64,000 bases of DNA from an uncultured Candidatus Saccharibacteria bacterium. Lineage in GTDB: Bacteria; Patescibacteriota; Minisyncoccia; Phycocordibacterales; UBA918. The translations under genes and the position numbers were made by a program. The notes beneath the pieces were generated by a model that saw only the letters and a list, made by a program, of their open reading frames with translations, did no database searches and was not told where the DNA came from. Shown here in pieces: positions 28,813 through 37,419 of the stretch; positions within the stretch are counted from its first letter, which is position 1; every line of letters starts with the position of its first letter. The stretch spans positions 112,498 to 176,497 of the forward strand of contig CAZVFY010000001.1 in the NCBI GenBank assembly GCA_964626635.1, written 5' to 3'.

Positions 28813-30681
28813 CTAGCCCGTCCAATTAAACAACAAGATCGAGAAGTCAGTCAGGCTCACATTCCCGTCGCCGTTTATATCAGCCGGTGGGTCAGACGCG
28901 CCACCGTCAGTCTGCCACCAAAACAACAAGATCGAGAAGTCAGTCAGATTAACTGACCCATCTCGATTGAGGTCAGCGGCCATACCGGCAGCTAAGGCTT
29001 GACCAACACCGAAAAACTCGTGCTGAGACCAATTCGTATTAGCGCCGCCGACTTGCTCGGCTTTGGCTCGTACCTGGTACGTATCTCGCGCGTAGGTGCT
29101 TGTATCGAGCGTGATGCGATAGGCACCAGTTTGGTCAGTCAGGGCGGTCGAGGTCTTTTGTACCCCACTCCCGCGCCGACCTGACTCAATGGTGACGGTG
29201 GCGTTTGGTAACCCATAACCACTTACAATAAGGGTCTCACCTGGCTCGACTGGATCAGGTGTGATGGTTATTGTGGGTGTGATATTAATATTTGATAATT
29301 CTGAAGCGCGGGCGCCACTAACTGTAAAGGTGGTGCTAAATACCCCAGATTGCTCGTCATTTTCATCGGTGGCGAACACCGCAAAGGTGTACGCACCCCG
29401 AGCAATATCATCCACCGTTACTTCATATGAGCCATCTGCGTCGGCGCGGACTCGGTCTGACTGAAACCCATCTACCAGCACCGATACCTCTGACCGCGGC
29501 GGTGCAAAGCCGCTGATGATCACTCGACCTTCACCTGACTCGTACGGTCCGTCATTTTCAAATCCGCCACCTGTACCATCACCATCGCGGCGTCCACCAC
29601 CACCGCCGCCGCCCGAGCCGCCCGAGCCGCCCGCACCTGATGTTTGTCCCTCGGTATTTGCACCTCCATCTGATGAGCCACTAGTACCACCACCTCCATC
29701 ACCAGACCCGGTACCATCATTGCCAGAGCCAGTACCATCACCACTCGTACTACCAGTGGTGTTAGATTGACCCGTCGGTTGCGCCAAGACAGTAAAGGAA
29801 ATTAAATAATCGTCAATATTTTCGTTAGTCTCATCGTCAACGCACCGAACATAAAATTCTTGCACTGAGTTTGGTGTGACGGTCACGACCGAAGTGTGTA
29901 CCACTAATCCAGTGTTATCAAACGTAAAAGGCTGTAAGGCAAACGCGATATCTGGCGTCCGGGCATACTTACAAACTGCAAACTCGTTCGTTTCAACGGA
30001 AATTTCTACACTCAGGTTTGTTCCCGCAATCGTACTAGTCGGTGAACCACCGAATCGCTCGGGCGGAATTTCTTCGGTCGTGTCACCGGTGACCGTGACT
30101 TTTTCATTTAGAAATACGGTGAAATCCGCTCCAGCAATTTTCCCGCCGTTTTGCACCGAAAACGGAATGCGATGCAATCCTAGATCCGTGCTATTGCGAA
30201 TCGGTTCAATATCAGCCGGGATAGTAGTCGTGCCCGTGGTCGTGCTAAAGACGTCACGCACGCCGAGGGCACCCAATGTCTGGTTACCAATATATAGCTC
30301 GAGCTCAGCACCAGATGGAATGGACAGGTCAGATCCCAGAGTATATGTAATTAACCCACCCGAGCCACCGGCGATACTGACCCCGTCGACACCAACTCCA
30401 GCGCTCGACGCCGTGTCACGCGCAATCCCATCAACGTGCAGCTGGACGTTACGCACTCCAAAGGTGGTGGTGGCTGGCGTCAGGTAAAAGTCACCAGGTA
30501 ATTGATACGTGAACACTGAACCAGGACCAAATGGTACCAAGGTGGTAAAAGAAAGCGTGTGATTTGAAAATTCCGCCGGCCCAGAATCCGACACCGTGTT
30601 CTTGAAATTTGAAATATTTGTTGCGTCAGTACTACTTGGCCACAGCCCAATCAACACAAACAGAAAGAGTACTCGCCACAT
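28813..30681 (-). CDS. secreted protein with Gly/Ser-rich linker, two Ig-like/carboxypeptidase-regulatory-like domains and a C-terminal dockerin (two Ca-binding repeats)
   Basis: Signal peptide MWRVLFLFVLIGLWPSSTDA. The C-terminus DLNRDGSVNLTDFSILLFWW...DINGDGNVSLTDFSILLFNW is a type-I dockerin duplicated segment (DxNxDGxVNxxD). Confidence 0.7.
   Translation of the reverse strand: MWRVLFLFVLIGLWPSSTDATNISNFKNTVSDSGPAEFSNHTLSFTTLVPFGPGSVFTYQLPGDFYLTPATTTFGVRNVQLHVDGIARDTASSAGVGVDGVSIAGGSGGLITYTLGSDLSIPSGAELELYIGNQTLGALGVRDVFSTTTGTTTIPADIEPIRNSTDLGLHRIPFSVQNGGKIAGADFTVFLNEKVTVTGDTTEEIPPERFGGSPTSTIAGTNLSVEISVETNEFAVCKYARTPDIAFALQPFTFDNTGLVVHTSVVTVTPNSVQEFYVRCVDDETNENIDDYLISFTVLAQPTGQSNTTGSTSGDGTGSGNDGTGSGDGGGGTSGSSDGGANTEGQTSGAGGSGGSGGGGGGGRRDGDGTGGGFENDGPYESGEGRVIISGFAPPRSEVSVLVDGFQSDRVRADADGSYEVTVDDIARGAYTFAVFATDENDEQSGVFSTTFTVSGARASELSNINITPTITITPDPVEPGETLIVSGYGLPNATVTIESGRRGSGVQKTSTALTDQTGAYRITLDTSTYARDTYQVRAKAEQVGGANTNWSQHEFFGVGQALAAGMAADLNRDGSVNLTDFSILLFWWQTDGGASDPPADINGDGNVSLTDFSILLFNWTG
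28828..28947. repeat. perfect 27-bp direct repeat (AAACAACAAGATCGAGAAGTCAGTCAG) 93 nt apart, encoding the two dockerin segments
   Basis: Copies at 28828-28854 and 28921-28947. The reverse complement encodes LTDFSILLF in both dockerin repeats. Confidence 0.9.
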
Positions 30682-30695
30682 ATGTACACCTTACC

Positions 30696-31124
30696 TTACA
30701 TCACCGGGCGCATTGAAGGCTTTTCCCTAACCGCTGGTCGCTGGCGCACAAAATCCAGCACATAATTGAGTACAATCAGCACCAACATGATAAATAATAT
30801 TGAGGCGAGAACGTACGTAGAACGATCCATTGGTTCGCCAGACTCGCGGAGCGAGACTGCTATTTCCCGCTCTTCTAACATCGCTTCACGCGTCGCGAGC
30901 GCCGTCCGCTGTGCGGTCAGCTCAGCAGTGATGCTGTTGAACTCGTTTGGGGCGACAGAGGCCGACATACCGACACTAGCGCCGAGATACTCGATCGCGC
31001 CATCAAACATATCTGCAGTACTGGGGTGGAGCAAGCCAGTGGCATACACCAACGTGATCGCTGTCACCAGGGATCCGATTCGCAGTAGTTTGTGGTACAG
31101 CGTATCACGCATACTGTTAGGCAA
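30696..31124 (-). CDS. small bitopic/double-TM membrane protein with central coiled coil (hypothetical)
   Basis: 142-aa ORF with hydrophobic segments IGSLVTAITLVYATGLL and YVLASILFIMLVLIVLNYVL and a helical A/E/R-rich middle. An 8-nt overlap with the upstream gene and a 14-nt gap before the dockerin gene suggest co-transcription. Confidence 0.4.
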   Translation of the reverse strand: MPNSMRDTLYHKLLRIGSLVTAITLVYATGLLHPSTADMFDGAIEYLGASVGMSASVAPNEFNSITAELTAQRTALATREAMLEEREIAVSLRESGEPMDRSTYVLASILFIMLVLIVLNYVLDFVRQRPAVREKPSMRPVM

Positions 31125-32196
31125 ATAATAGCAACATTACGAGTAAGAATATCGCCAGCACCACCAGCACCGCCAGCAGCGTCACTAGCAACAGTGACTG
31201 GCCGCCCGCTTGCTTGCGGCGGACCACGCGCCGTCCGACGCTGAGCTGCGCCACTTTACGTTTGATGTAGATACGCACCCCGATGACAGTGACTAGCAGT
31301 ACCACCGCTAGCACGCCCAGCACTGGGCCGATAATACTGAACGGCAAAATCCAGAATGTCACCGTGCTACTCATGGTCTTTCGTGCACCATCGAGTCCAT
31401 ACACTGGACTGAGGATCGCTTCGTACCGCCCAAAGCCAATCTCGTCTCCTTCCCATGTCAGTGCAAATTCTCGAGTGTCATTGGGGAAGACACCGGCTTG
31501 CGTGTCATTAAACGCCACCTCTCCTACCCTCGCTCCGAGTGCATTGTAAATCTCCAACGGTCCAGTCGGGCGGACTAGTACATTTCCCTGATTTTCAATC
31601 CGGACTTGGAAATCGACATTTTGTGATCCATACAAGAATTTACCTGTCGAGAACTGTCGGATATTCGCGGTCTCTACTGCGTCACCGCTGACCCTGATAC
31701 TGACGATGTTGGCTACCTGGTAGCCTACCGCTGCGCCACTTTGGCTGATGTCCGGGGCCTCGACCGACACAAAAATCCCCCCAAAATTACTACCTGGCGG
31801 CGCGTCCTCAGGCACATCCATCTGGAACGTAAACGCTCGAGTTGTCCCGGCTGGTACCGTGATCGTGGTGGTCGATAGCGTGATCCAGTCGACCAATTCA
31901 AAGCCGGTTGCATCCAAGTTCGAATTAGCAAACACCGGCACTCCACCATCGTCTACTGATTCAATGTTGCGTGTAAACAAAAAATACGTCTGCTCTTCAT
32001 CGGTTAGGTTACCGACCTCGACAGTACGGTTGACGGTGATTCCGGGATCGAGCGTTTCCTCGATTACTGCCGGCGAGATACTGACGCCGGCACCTGACTG
32101 TGCGTGCAATGCCTGTGTTCCGAAAAGCCACACTGAAACAGCGAGTGTCAGCAGCGTGATGATTCGTAATATCAGTGGGTGAGATAAGGCTTGCAT
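31117..32196 (-). CDS. cell-surface protein resembling the DUF916 (CscA-like) family with C-terminal double TM anchor (DUF3324-like)
   Basis: Signal peptide, then VSISPAVIEETLDPGITVNRTVEVGNLTDEEQTYFLF...VPEDAPPGSNFGGIFV, as in DUF916. The C-terminus has two hydrophobic helices separated by basic residues. Confidence 0.45.
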   Translation of the reverse strand: MQALSHPLILRIITLLTLAVSVWLFGTQALHAQSGAGVSISPAVIEETLDPGITVNRTVEVGNLTDEEQTYFLFTRNIESVDDGGVPVFANSNLDATGFELVDWITLSTTTITVPAGTTRAFTFQMDVPEDAPPGSNFGGIFVSVEAPDISQSGAAVGYQVANIVSIRVSGDAVETANIRQFSTGKFLYGSQNVDFQVRIENQGNVLVRPTGPLEIYNALGARVGEVAFNDTQAGVFPNDTREFALTWEGDEIGFGRYEAILSPVYGLDGARKTMSSTVTFWILPFSIIGPVLGVLAVVLLVTVIGVRIYIKRKVAQLSVGRRVVRRKQAGGQSLLLVTLLAVLVVLAIFLLVMLLLFA

Positions 32197-32244
32197 ATTG
32201 CACTAGTGTAGCAGCCGCAGAGGATTAAATATTTCTGTATACAC

Positions 32245-32278
32245 AAAACCACCCAGGCCGGATGGTCTGGGTGGTTTT
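32245..32278 (-). terminator. bidirectional Rho-independent terminator after the WxL-like gene
   Basis: AAAA CCACCCAG gccggatggt CTGGGTGG TTTT: perfect 8-bp GC-rich stem with a 10-nt loop, flanked by an A-tract and a T-tract, immediately 3' of the minus-strand CDS ending at 32328. Confidence 0.75.
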
Positions 32279-32327
32279 GATGCTCTCAGTGACTAATAGA
32301 TTCAGCCAGTGTAGCGGGTGCGAGCAA

Positions 32328-33461
32328 CTAGAAGGTTGGTGTCGCGATGTAGGTCAGAGTTGTGTTGTAGTCGTCACCAGCTTCCTGGAGTGGAGTGATT
32401 TCGAGCTTGTACGCAACTTGTGTTACACCTTCGTTGGCAACTGTACCGTTGGTTACTCCGTCGTGTGAGAAGATTTCTCGTGGCGTAGTACTCGCTGATA
32501 CGAATAATGATGTACCAAATTCATCAGTGTTCAGGTCATCTTCTGAAGTCAGACCCCAGTGACCGTAGGTGTTTTCACTATTGACTGTGTTAGTCGGTGA
32601 AGCCCAAACCGTTGGTGTATCGGTGTAAGTACCGTCAACGAATCCGTCGATGTCAGCTCCGGTTGATGAGATCAGATTAGAGTCCTGCTCGACTGTCACC
32701 ACAAAACCATTGATGGCGTTAGTAGTAACATTGAGCTGCTGTCCAATGATCTTGGCGTTAGCAGATCCTGGTGCTACTTCACCAAATGGGATGGTAGTAG
32801 TTGAACTGTCATCAGTGGTAGTCTCGCCATTGACGTCAGTACCAGCTGCTAATGGGCTAATTACAAAGTCAAAGATAGATGCCACTTCGGCAGTGACTTC
32901 AACTGTGTCGATGATAGCTACTCGAGTACGACCACTGTCCGGTGTACCGTTGGTTGCATCCGCAACTTCGACGAGAACCTCGTACGAGTCGCCGATGCCG
33001 GCCGCTGCTACTTTAGCTGGATTGACGATTTTACCGTCTGCGACCACGACTTGAATAGTATCTCCCGCGCCGGCAGCCAGACCGTCAAAGGTAATGCTGT
33101 CAGCTGTTGCTGTAAATGTACCTAGCGTGAATGCCCCATCGCCAGTTACCGTGAGGTCAGCTCCGACAACTGTTTCGATGTCGTCAAACGGTTCTGAGAC
33201 TGCACCCTGATCACGAGCATCCCAAGTGATGGTGATGTCGTCAGCCGTGGTTATAGTCGAACCGGTTGGTACGGTGAACTCAATGGTGTGAGAAGACGTC
33301 ACGCTCGGATTTGAACTCGAGAGTGTGTTACTCACGCTAGTAAGGTTAGCTGCTTGTGCAGAATGGAAATACCCTGCTGAGGCAAATACCACTGCACCAG
33401 CAACAAGTGTCGCGACCACTCGTTGCGAAATGCCAACTGAATTGGTTGGAATTACGAACAT
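32328..33461 (-). CDS. secreted surface protein, candidate WxL-domain (CscB/CscC-like) protein
   Basis: Signal peptide (AGAVVFASAGYFHSAQA), a T/S/D-rich beta-rich body, and a C-terminal region with YGHWGLTSED (W-x-L) that ends ...TLTYIATPTF. Sits next to the DUF916-like gene. The second WxL motif is degenerate, so the call is tentative. Confidence 0.4.
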   Translation of the reverse strand: MFVIPTNSVGISQRVVATLVAGAVVFASAGYFHSAQAANLTSVSNTLSSSNPSVTSSHTIEFTVPTGSTITTADDITITWDARDQGAVSEPFDDIETVVGADLTVTGDGAFTLGTFTATADSITFDGLAAGAGDTIQVVVADGKIVNPAKVAAAGIGDSYEVLVEVADATNGTPDSGRTRVAIIDTVEVTAEVASIFDFVISPLAAGTDVNGETTTDDSSTTTIPFGEVAPGSANAKIIGQQLNVTTNAINGFVVTVEQDSNLISSTGADIDGFVDGTYTDTPTVWASPTNTVNSENTYGHWGLTSEDDLNTDEFGTSLFVSASTTPREIFSHDGVTNGTVANEGVTQVAYKLEITPLQEAGDDYNTTLTYIATPTF

Positions 33462-33788
33462 GTATTATTTTATTTAATTGTAAATAACGTGGCGCTCACT
33501 TCCTTATATTATGTAAAGAGTGAACTAACCCGGCACAACACTTGTATGGAGAGATGTCTGGCATTCGTATGTGAGAAAGTCTCAGCCTGTGAATGCGACA
33601 TCAATGTTGTACCGATCTACGATTATTTTACGCTACTACCCGAGTGCTTGTCCGATTACTGCTGTTGATAACTACTATTGGACGTCCCTGTATCGCTTAT
33701 TCCAGCCTTATTCGCCTAGTCGCAATAGCTTGCTTTCGGCCATGTCCCATGGATCCCGTCATGTACAAACGTCTTTTTATGGTCGATG

Positions 33789-35063
33789 TTAGGCGGCTTT
33801 GACCGTAGGCAAGTCACTCCAGCGCGTCGTATAGGCTGGACTGCGAGACGCTGATTTGGGTTGCCACTGCCGGGTGCGCAATCGCGACCCGATCACCACT
33901 AGCTCTCGATCTGCCTTGGCATTGATTGCGTCTAGGGCACTCAGCAGTGTCTCGTTAGTATCGGCCAGTTTGGCAAAAAAGCTACTGGTCGCCACGCCAG
34001 CGAGTGTAATACCGCTGACTGCCACCAGGACTTTTTGGTACGGTACGCCGGGTTCATGAAGTGCGAGTAACTGTGTTTGTACCATGCTGACTAACGCAAA
34101 TGTGTCATTGGTTGGGTTCGCCAAAGCGATCTCGCGAGACCCGCCACGCAACACAAAATCCCCGTGACGACTGGTGTGTAGCGATACGCGGACCGCCCCT
34201 GCGACCGCCTGCATAGCGCGCAGTTCCTCGGCGATATGCCGGGCGTGGTAGCTGGCGGCGTCTTGAATAATGGATAGATTATTTGTAGTACGGCTAAAAG
34301 ACCGTGAGTTCATCAAGCTCTTTTGTAAGGCTCGGACTGGCGTGACCGGGTACGCCACTGACCCGCGCAGTTCGGCCTGTAACCGTACCGCTCCGACTCC
34401 ACCACACGACCGAATCAGGGTACTATCGGCCTGCAATAATTCACCTACCGTACTGATACCAGCGGCGCAGTAGCGCTCGAGCATCCCTCGCCCCACACCC
34501 CAGACTTCGCCAACGCCAAGTGACCGTACGTCAGAGTGCCACCAATCCTCGGTCTCAACAAAAATACCAGTGTCGCGCTTGGCGGCACTCACGGCACATT
34601 TAGACAGAGTTTTAGTGCGTGCCACCCCGATCGAGACCGGAACACCGGTTTGTTGCCAGATCGCAGCCCGCATAGCAGCGATATTGTCCTTGACGTTCTC
34701 ATCAGCTGCGATCGTAAAAAAGCATTCGTCGATCGAGTACTGTTCCACACAGGAAAAATAAGTGCGGATGACATCAGAGACCCGTCGAGACAGATCACGA
34801 TACAGCGTAATGTTACCTGAAAACAATGTGACATCATTGTCTTTGAGACTATCTTTTACCTTAAAATAGGGTGTACCCATAGGGACACCTATGTCCTTTA
34901 TCTCTTGCGAGCGCGCGATAATGCAGCCATCGTTTGATGATAAGACAGCCACTGGTTTGGTCGCCAAATCCGGCCTAAATAGTCGTTCGCACGACACGAA
35001 GAAATTATTGCAGTCGACCAAACCAATCAGCTGGCCTTGGTTGCTATGACTCATTTGATTCAT
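33789..35063 (-). CDS. umuC: Y-family DNA polymerase, UmuC-like (Pol V catalytic subunit)
   Basis: N-terminal LIGLVDCNNFFVSCERLFRPDL matches the Y-family start (palm domain with DxNxF). A 4-nt overlap with the upstream S24 peptidase gene matches umuDC organisation. Confidence 0.85.
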   Translation of the reverse strand: MNQMSHSNQGQLIGLVDCNNFFVSCERLFRPDLATKPVAVLSSNDGCIIARSQEIKDIGVPMGTPYFKVKDSLKDNDVTLFSGNITLYRDLSRRVSDVIRTYFSCVEQYSIDECFFTIAADENVKDNIAAMRAAIWQQTGVPVSIGVARTKTLSKCAVSAAKRDTGIFVETEDWWHSDVRSLGVGEVWGVGRGMLERYCAAGISTVGELLQADSTLIRSCGGVGAVRLQAELRGSVAYPVTPVRALQKSLMNSRSFSRTTNNLSIIQDAASYHARHIAEELRAMQAVAGAVRVSLHTSRHGDFVLRGGSREIALANPTNDTFALVSMVQTQLLALHEPGVPYQKVLVAVSGITLAGVATSSFFAKLADTNETLLSALDAINAKADRELVVIGSRLRTRQWQPKSASRSPAYTTRWSDLPTVKAA

Positions 35064-35506
35064 ACACGCGCAAATTGCCGAACCGTACCAGTGACGACAC
35101 CCCAGACGTACACATCATCGGCCCCCTCAATCACGATTGGTTCGTAGCCAGTTTGCGCCGAACGCAGTTCAGTCGCGGTAGCGGTTTTGTAGAGTTGCTT
35201 AACGACCAGTTCACCAAACACCGCCGCAACGACGATACTGCCGTGCGTTGCGGTCACTGACCGATCGACCACCAGCACGTCGCCATCAAATATGCGCAAT
35301 CCCTCCATCGAGTCACCCGACACTCTGACAAAGAAGGTTGCAGTGGGATTGTCGACCAGTAAATCATTAATATTAAGTGGTGCCTCGACCAGATCATCAC
35401 CGGGCGCGGGGAATCCAGCCGCGGGGCGCGATACATACAATGGCCACTGCCGTGAATCGACATTGAGTGCAGTGGGTTTGATGTGGGTGACGCGCGTGGT
35501 TGGCAT
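35060..35506 (-). CDS. umuD: S24 LexA-like autopeptidase, UmuD-like (Pol V accessory subunit)
   Basis: 148 aa with no DNA-binding domain. Has the FFVRVSGDSMEG Ser nucleophile motif and a downstream KQLY lysine region. Translationally coupled to umuC. Confidence 0.8.
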   Translation of the reverse strand: MPTTRVTHIKPTALNVDSRQWPLYVSRPAAGFPAPGDDLVEAPLNINDLLVDNPTATFFVRVSGDSMEGLRIFDGDVLVVDRSVTATHGSIVVAAVFGELVVKQLYKTATATELRSAQTGYEPIVIEGADDVYVWGVVTGTVRQFARV

Positions 35507-35515
35507 AGCAAAATA

Positions 35516-35541
35516 CTAGCACGTCCCCTACTTTGTGCTAG
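35516..35541. promoter_or_regulatory. inverted repeat CTAGCAC-N12-GTGCTAG 10 nt upstream of the umuD start; candidate SOS-type operator or weak terminator of the upstream gene
   Basis: 7-bp perfect arms at 35516-22 and 35535-41. The right arm overlaps the stop codon of the CAP gene. On the minus strand it is followed by TATTTTGCT and then the ATG. Confidence 0.3.
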
Positions 35542-36695
35542 GCAATCGTAACGGTGCCGACGAGCGCGAACTGCACCCACCATAAACCTCCGACCAGCAG
35601 CAATAGTGCGACAGCATAAGACACTTGTCTAAAATGTAATCGCCTCGTCTCACCTAGTAGCGCAATGATGCTACAAATGATTGCCACCCCAACGAGCAAT
35701 GAATACACCGTGTCGAGGATCAGTTGCGGTCTGGTCAGCAGGCCGCTGAGGCCAGTATGCCCGCTATGCACACCATTTGACACTACTACTGGCGGTAAGC
35801 TGGCCACTGGCTCGGCGTCGACCTCGGGCACAAAGTCTGACGCAACCACGCGGTCAGATGGCACCAGAGGCGGTGCGAGAGTAGGTAGGCCCACCGGAAT
35901 GGGCGGCATAGTTGGACTGGTTTGGCCACGTGGCGAACTTTCATTTACTGGTGCAGGTGCGGAGTCTGATACCGGTGCCGGAGTCGCGAGTCCAGCTATT
36001 GCAGCGTCTTCGGTGGCGGCCGCAAGTAATTCGACTGGCTCTGGTGTCGCCGGCGTTGGTTCTGACACTGACAATGGCTCACTGAGGGTGGTTGGCGCAC
36101 TAACAGTGTCGGGTGCGGCACGCGTGGCCAAGGCCGGCGCTATCGGCGTGTCAGTTGGTGTGCCGAATAATTGCACTACGAAGATAGTTTCGTACCCTTC
36201 GTATTGACCACGAGCTGTCCCGACGCCAATCTCGGTGAATTTGCTGTCGACGATGTTTTCTTTATGGGTTGGTGAATTCATCCAGGCGCGCACTACGGCG
36301 TCCGCATCATTAAAATGTACGGCGAGATTCTCGCCCGCGTGTACATAGTCATAATTGACGTCAGCAAAAAACTCCCAGGGTGTCGTACCGTCTGGTGCAA
36401 AGTGTGCAAAATAGCCGTTTGCAGCCATGTGTTCGGCTTTGGCGGTCGCCGCTGCATCCAGCAGCGGCGACCGAGCGAGCGATGTAGCTGCGTACCCGGC
36501 TCGCTCGACGTTTGTTTCTTCGACCACCACCGCCGGCAACACCGCGCCGACTAGCCAATCTGACGATCGCCACAATAGCGCTTGGGCACTGGTACCGACG
36601 AACGTCAGTACGATCAGCCCGCCAACACACGCGAGCGCTACTTTCTCAAATTTATTGGGGGCGTACGTATCGTCTGGCGCAAACCACTGTCTCAT
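35538..36695 (-). CDS. CAP/SCP/PR-1-like (YkwD-type) extracellular domain protein with N-terminal signal anchor, Pro/Thr-rich linker and C-terminal TM segments
   Basis: CAP motifs GYFAHFAPDG...HAGENLA...AWMNSPTHKENIVDSKFTEIGVG. The start is placed at the internal ATG 36693-95 (MRQWF), 40 nt after the sortase stop. The six-frame ORF extends to 36770. Confidence 0.7.
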   Translation of the reverse strand: MRQWFAPDDTYAPNKFEKVALACVGGLIVLTFVGTSAQALLWRSSDWLVGAVLPAVVVEETNVERAGYAATSLARSPLLDAAATAKAEHMAANGYFAHFAPDGTTPWEFFADVNYDYVHAGENLAVHFNDADAVVRAWMNSPTHKENIVDSKFTEIGVGTARGQYEGYETIFVVQLFGTPTDTPIAPALATRAAPDTVSAPTTLSEPLSVSEPTPATPEPVELLAAATEDAAIAGLATPAPVSDSAPAPVNESSPRGQTSPTMPPIPVGLPTLAPPLVPSDRVVASDFVPEVDAEPVASLPPVVVSNGVHSGHTGLSGLLTRPQLILDTVYSLLVGVAIICSIIALLGETRRLHFRQVSYAVALLLLVGGLWWVQFALVGTVTIA

Positions 36696-36735
36696 ACATT
36701 GTATCGTACCATTTTCGAAGTACGTGCCGGTGCCA

Positions 36736-37419
36736 CTATGTAGATTCGCGAGTACCAACGAGCTCGGCAAATACTACGCGGTTATGCGAGTACCGCTGTG
36801 TCCCCTGGTCAAATATTCCGGAACAAGTAATTAGTCGTAACCCAGCGTGGTCGATGTCTTGGTATACCAAGTCAGTCGGGAAATCGTTCTGATCGTAGCG
36901 CTCGTTACGCGTGACCGCATATACGAGTGACACCCCATCATCGCGTTCAACAATCACTTCGTCGCCGGTTTGCAGTTGTCCGAGCGAGAAAAACACCGCC
37001 GGACCACCCACCGAGTCAACGTGCCCGAGGATCACCGAGGGCCCTAGATTGCCCGGCACTGGACTGTAGCGATACCACCCGACCTGATCGTACGTGGCTG
37101 GCACAGCCACTTCTCCAGAATCGAGCAAGCCGAGCGGATCCACAAACGTACTGTCTACTTGCGCGCGAGGGACAATCAGACGAGTCGGCCTCGTATCACT
37201 GGTGGCAGATACAACGAGAGTATCGGTTGCAACTGTAGATGTAACTGGCTCAGTCACTGCGGGCTGTACGCTCCTCGGACCTGTCACCGGATCGCCGCCT
37301 GTTTGCTGGCCGAGCACCACCAATATAACTAGCGCACACAAAAGTACGCCGACAGGCGAACCTGCGGCGTACTGCATGTGGTTTTTTAGTTGTGAGAGGA
37401 TTTCTCTAGCCTTGTCCAT
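36736..37419 (-). CDS. sortase family transpeptidase (class E/F-like)
   Basis: Signal anchor, catalytic His in ILGHVDS, Cys in the LRLITCSG (TLxTC) motif, and a downstream Arg (YSHNRVVFAEL). The start is placed at ATG 37417-19 (MDKARE), 13 nt after the upstream stop. Confidence 0.7.
   Translation of the reverse strand: MDKAREILSQLKNHMQYAAGSPVGVLLCALVILVVLGQQTGGDPVTGPRSVQPAVTEPVTSTVATDTLVVSATSDTRPTRLIVPRAQVDSTFVDPLGLLDSGEVAVPATYDQVGWYRYSPVPGNLGPSVILGHVDSVGGPAVFFSLGQLQTGDEVIVERDDGVSLVYAVTRNERYDQNDFPTDLVYQDIDHAGLRLITCSGIFDQGTQRYSHNRVVFAELVGTREST

Noticed and set aside
29516-29770. Proline-rich plus-strand ORF (PPPPPPEPPEPPAP...) within the dockerin protein gene
   Set aside because: It is the antisense reading of the Gly-rich linker (GGGGGGGRRDGDGTGGG) of the dockerin protein, hence a composition mirror.
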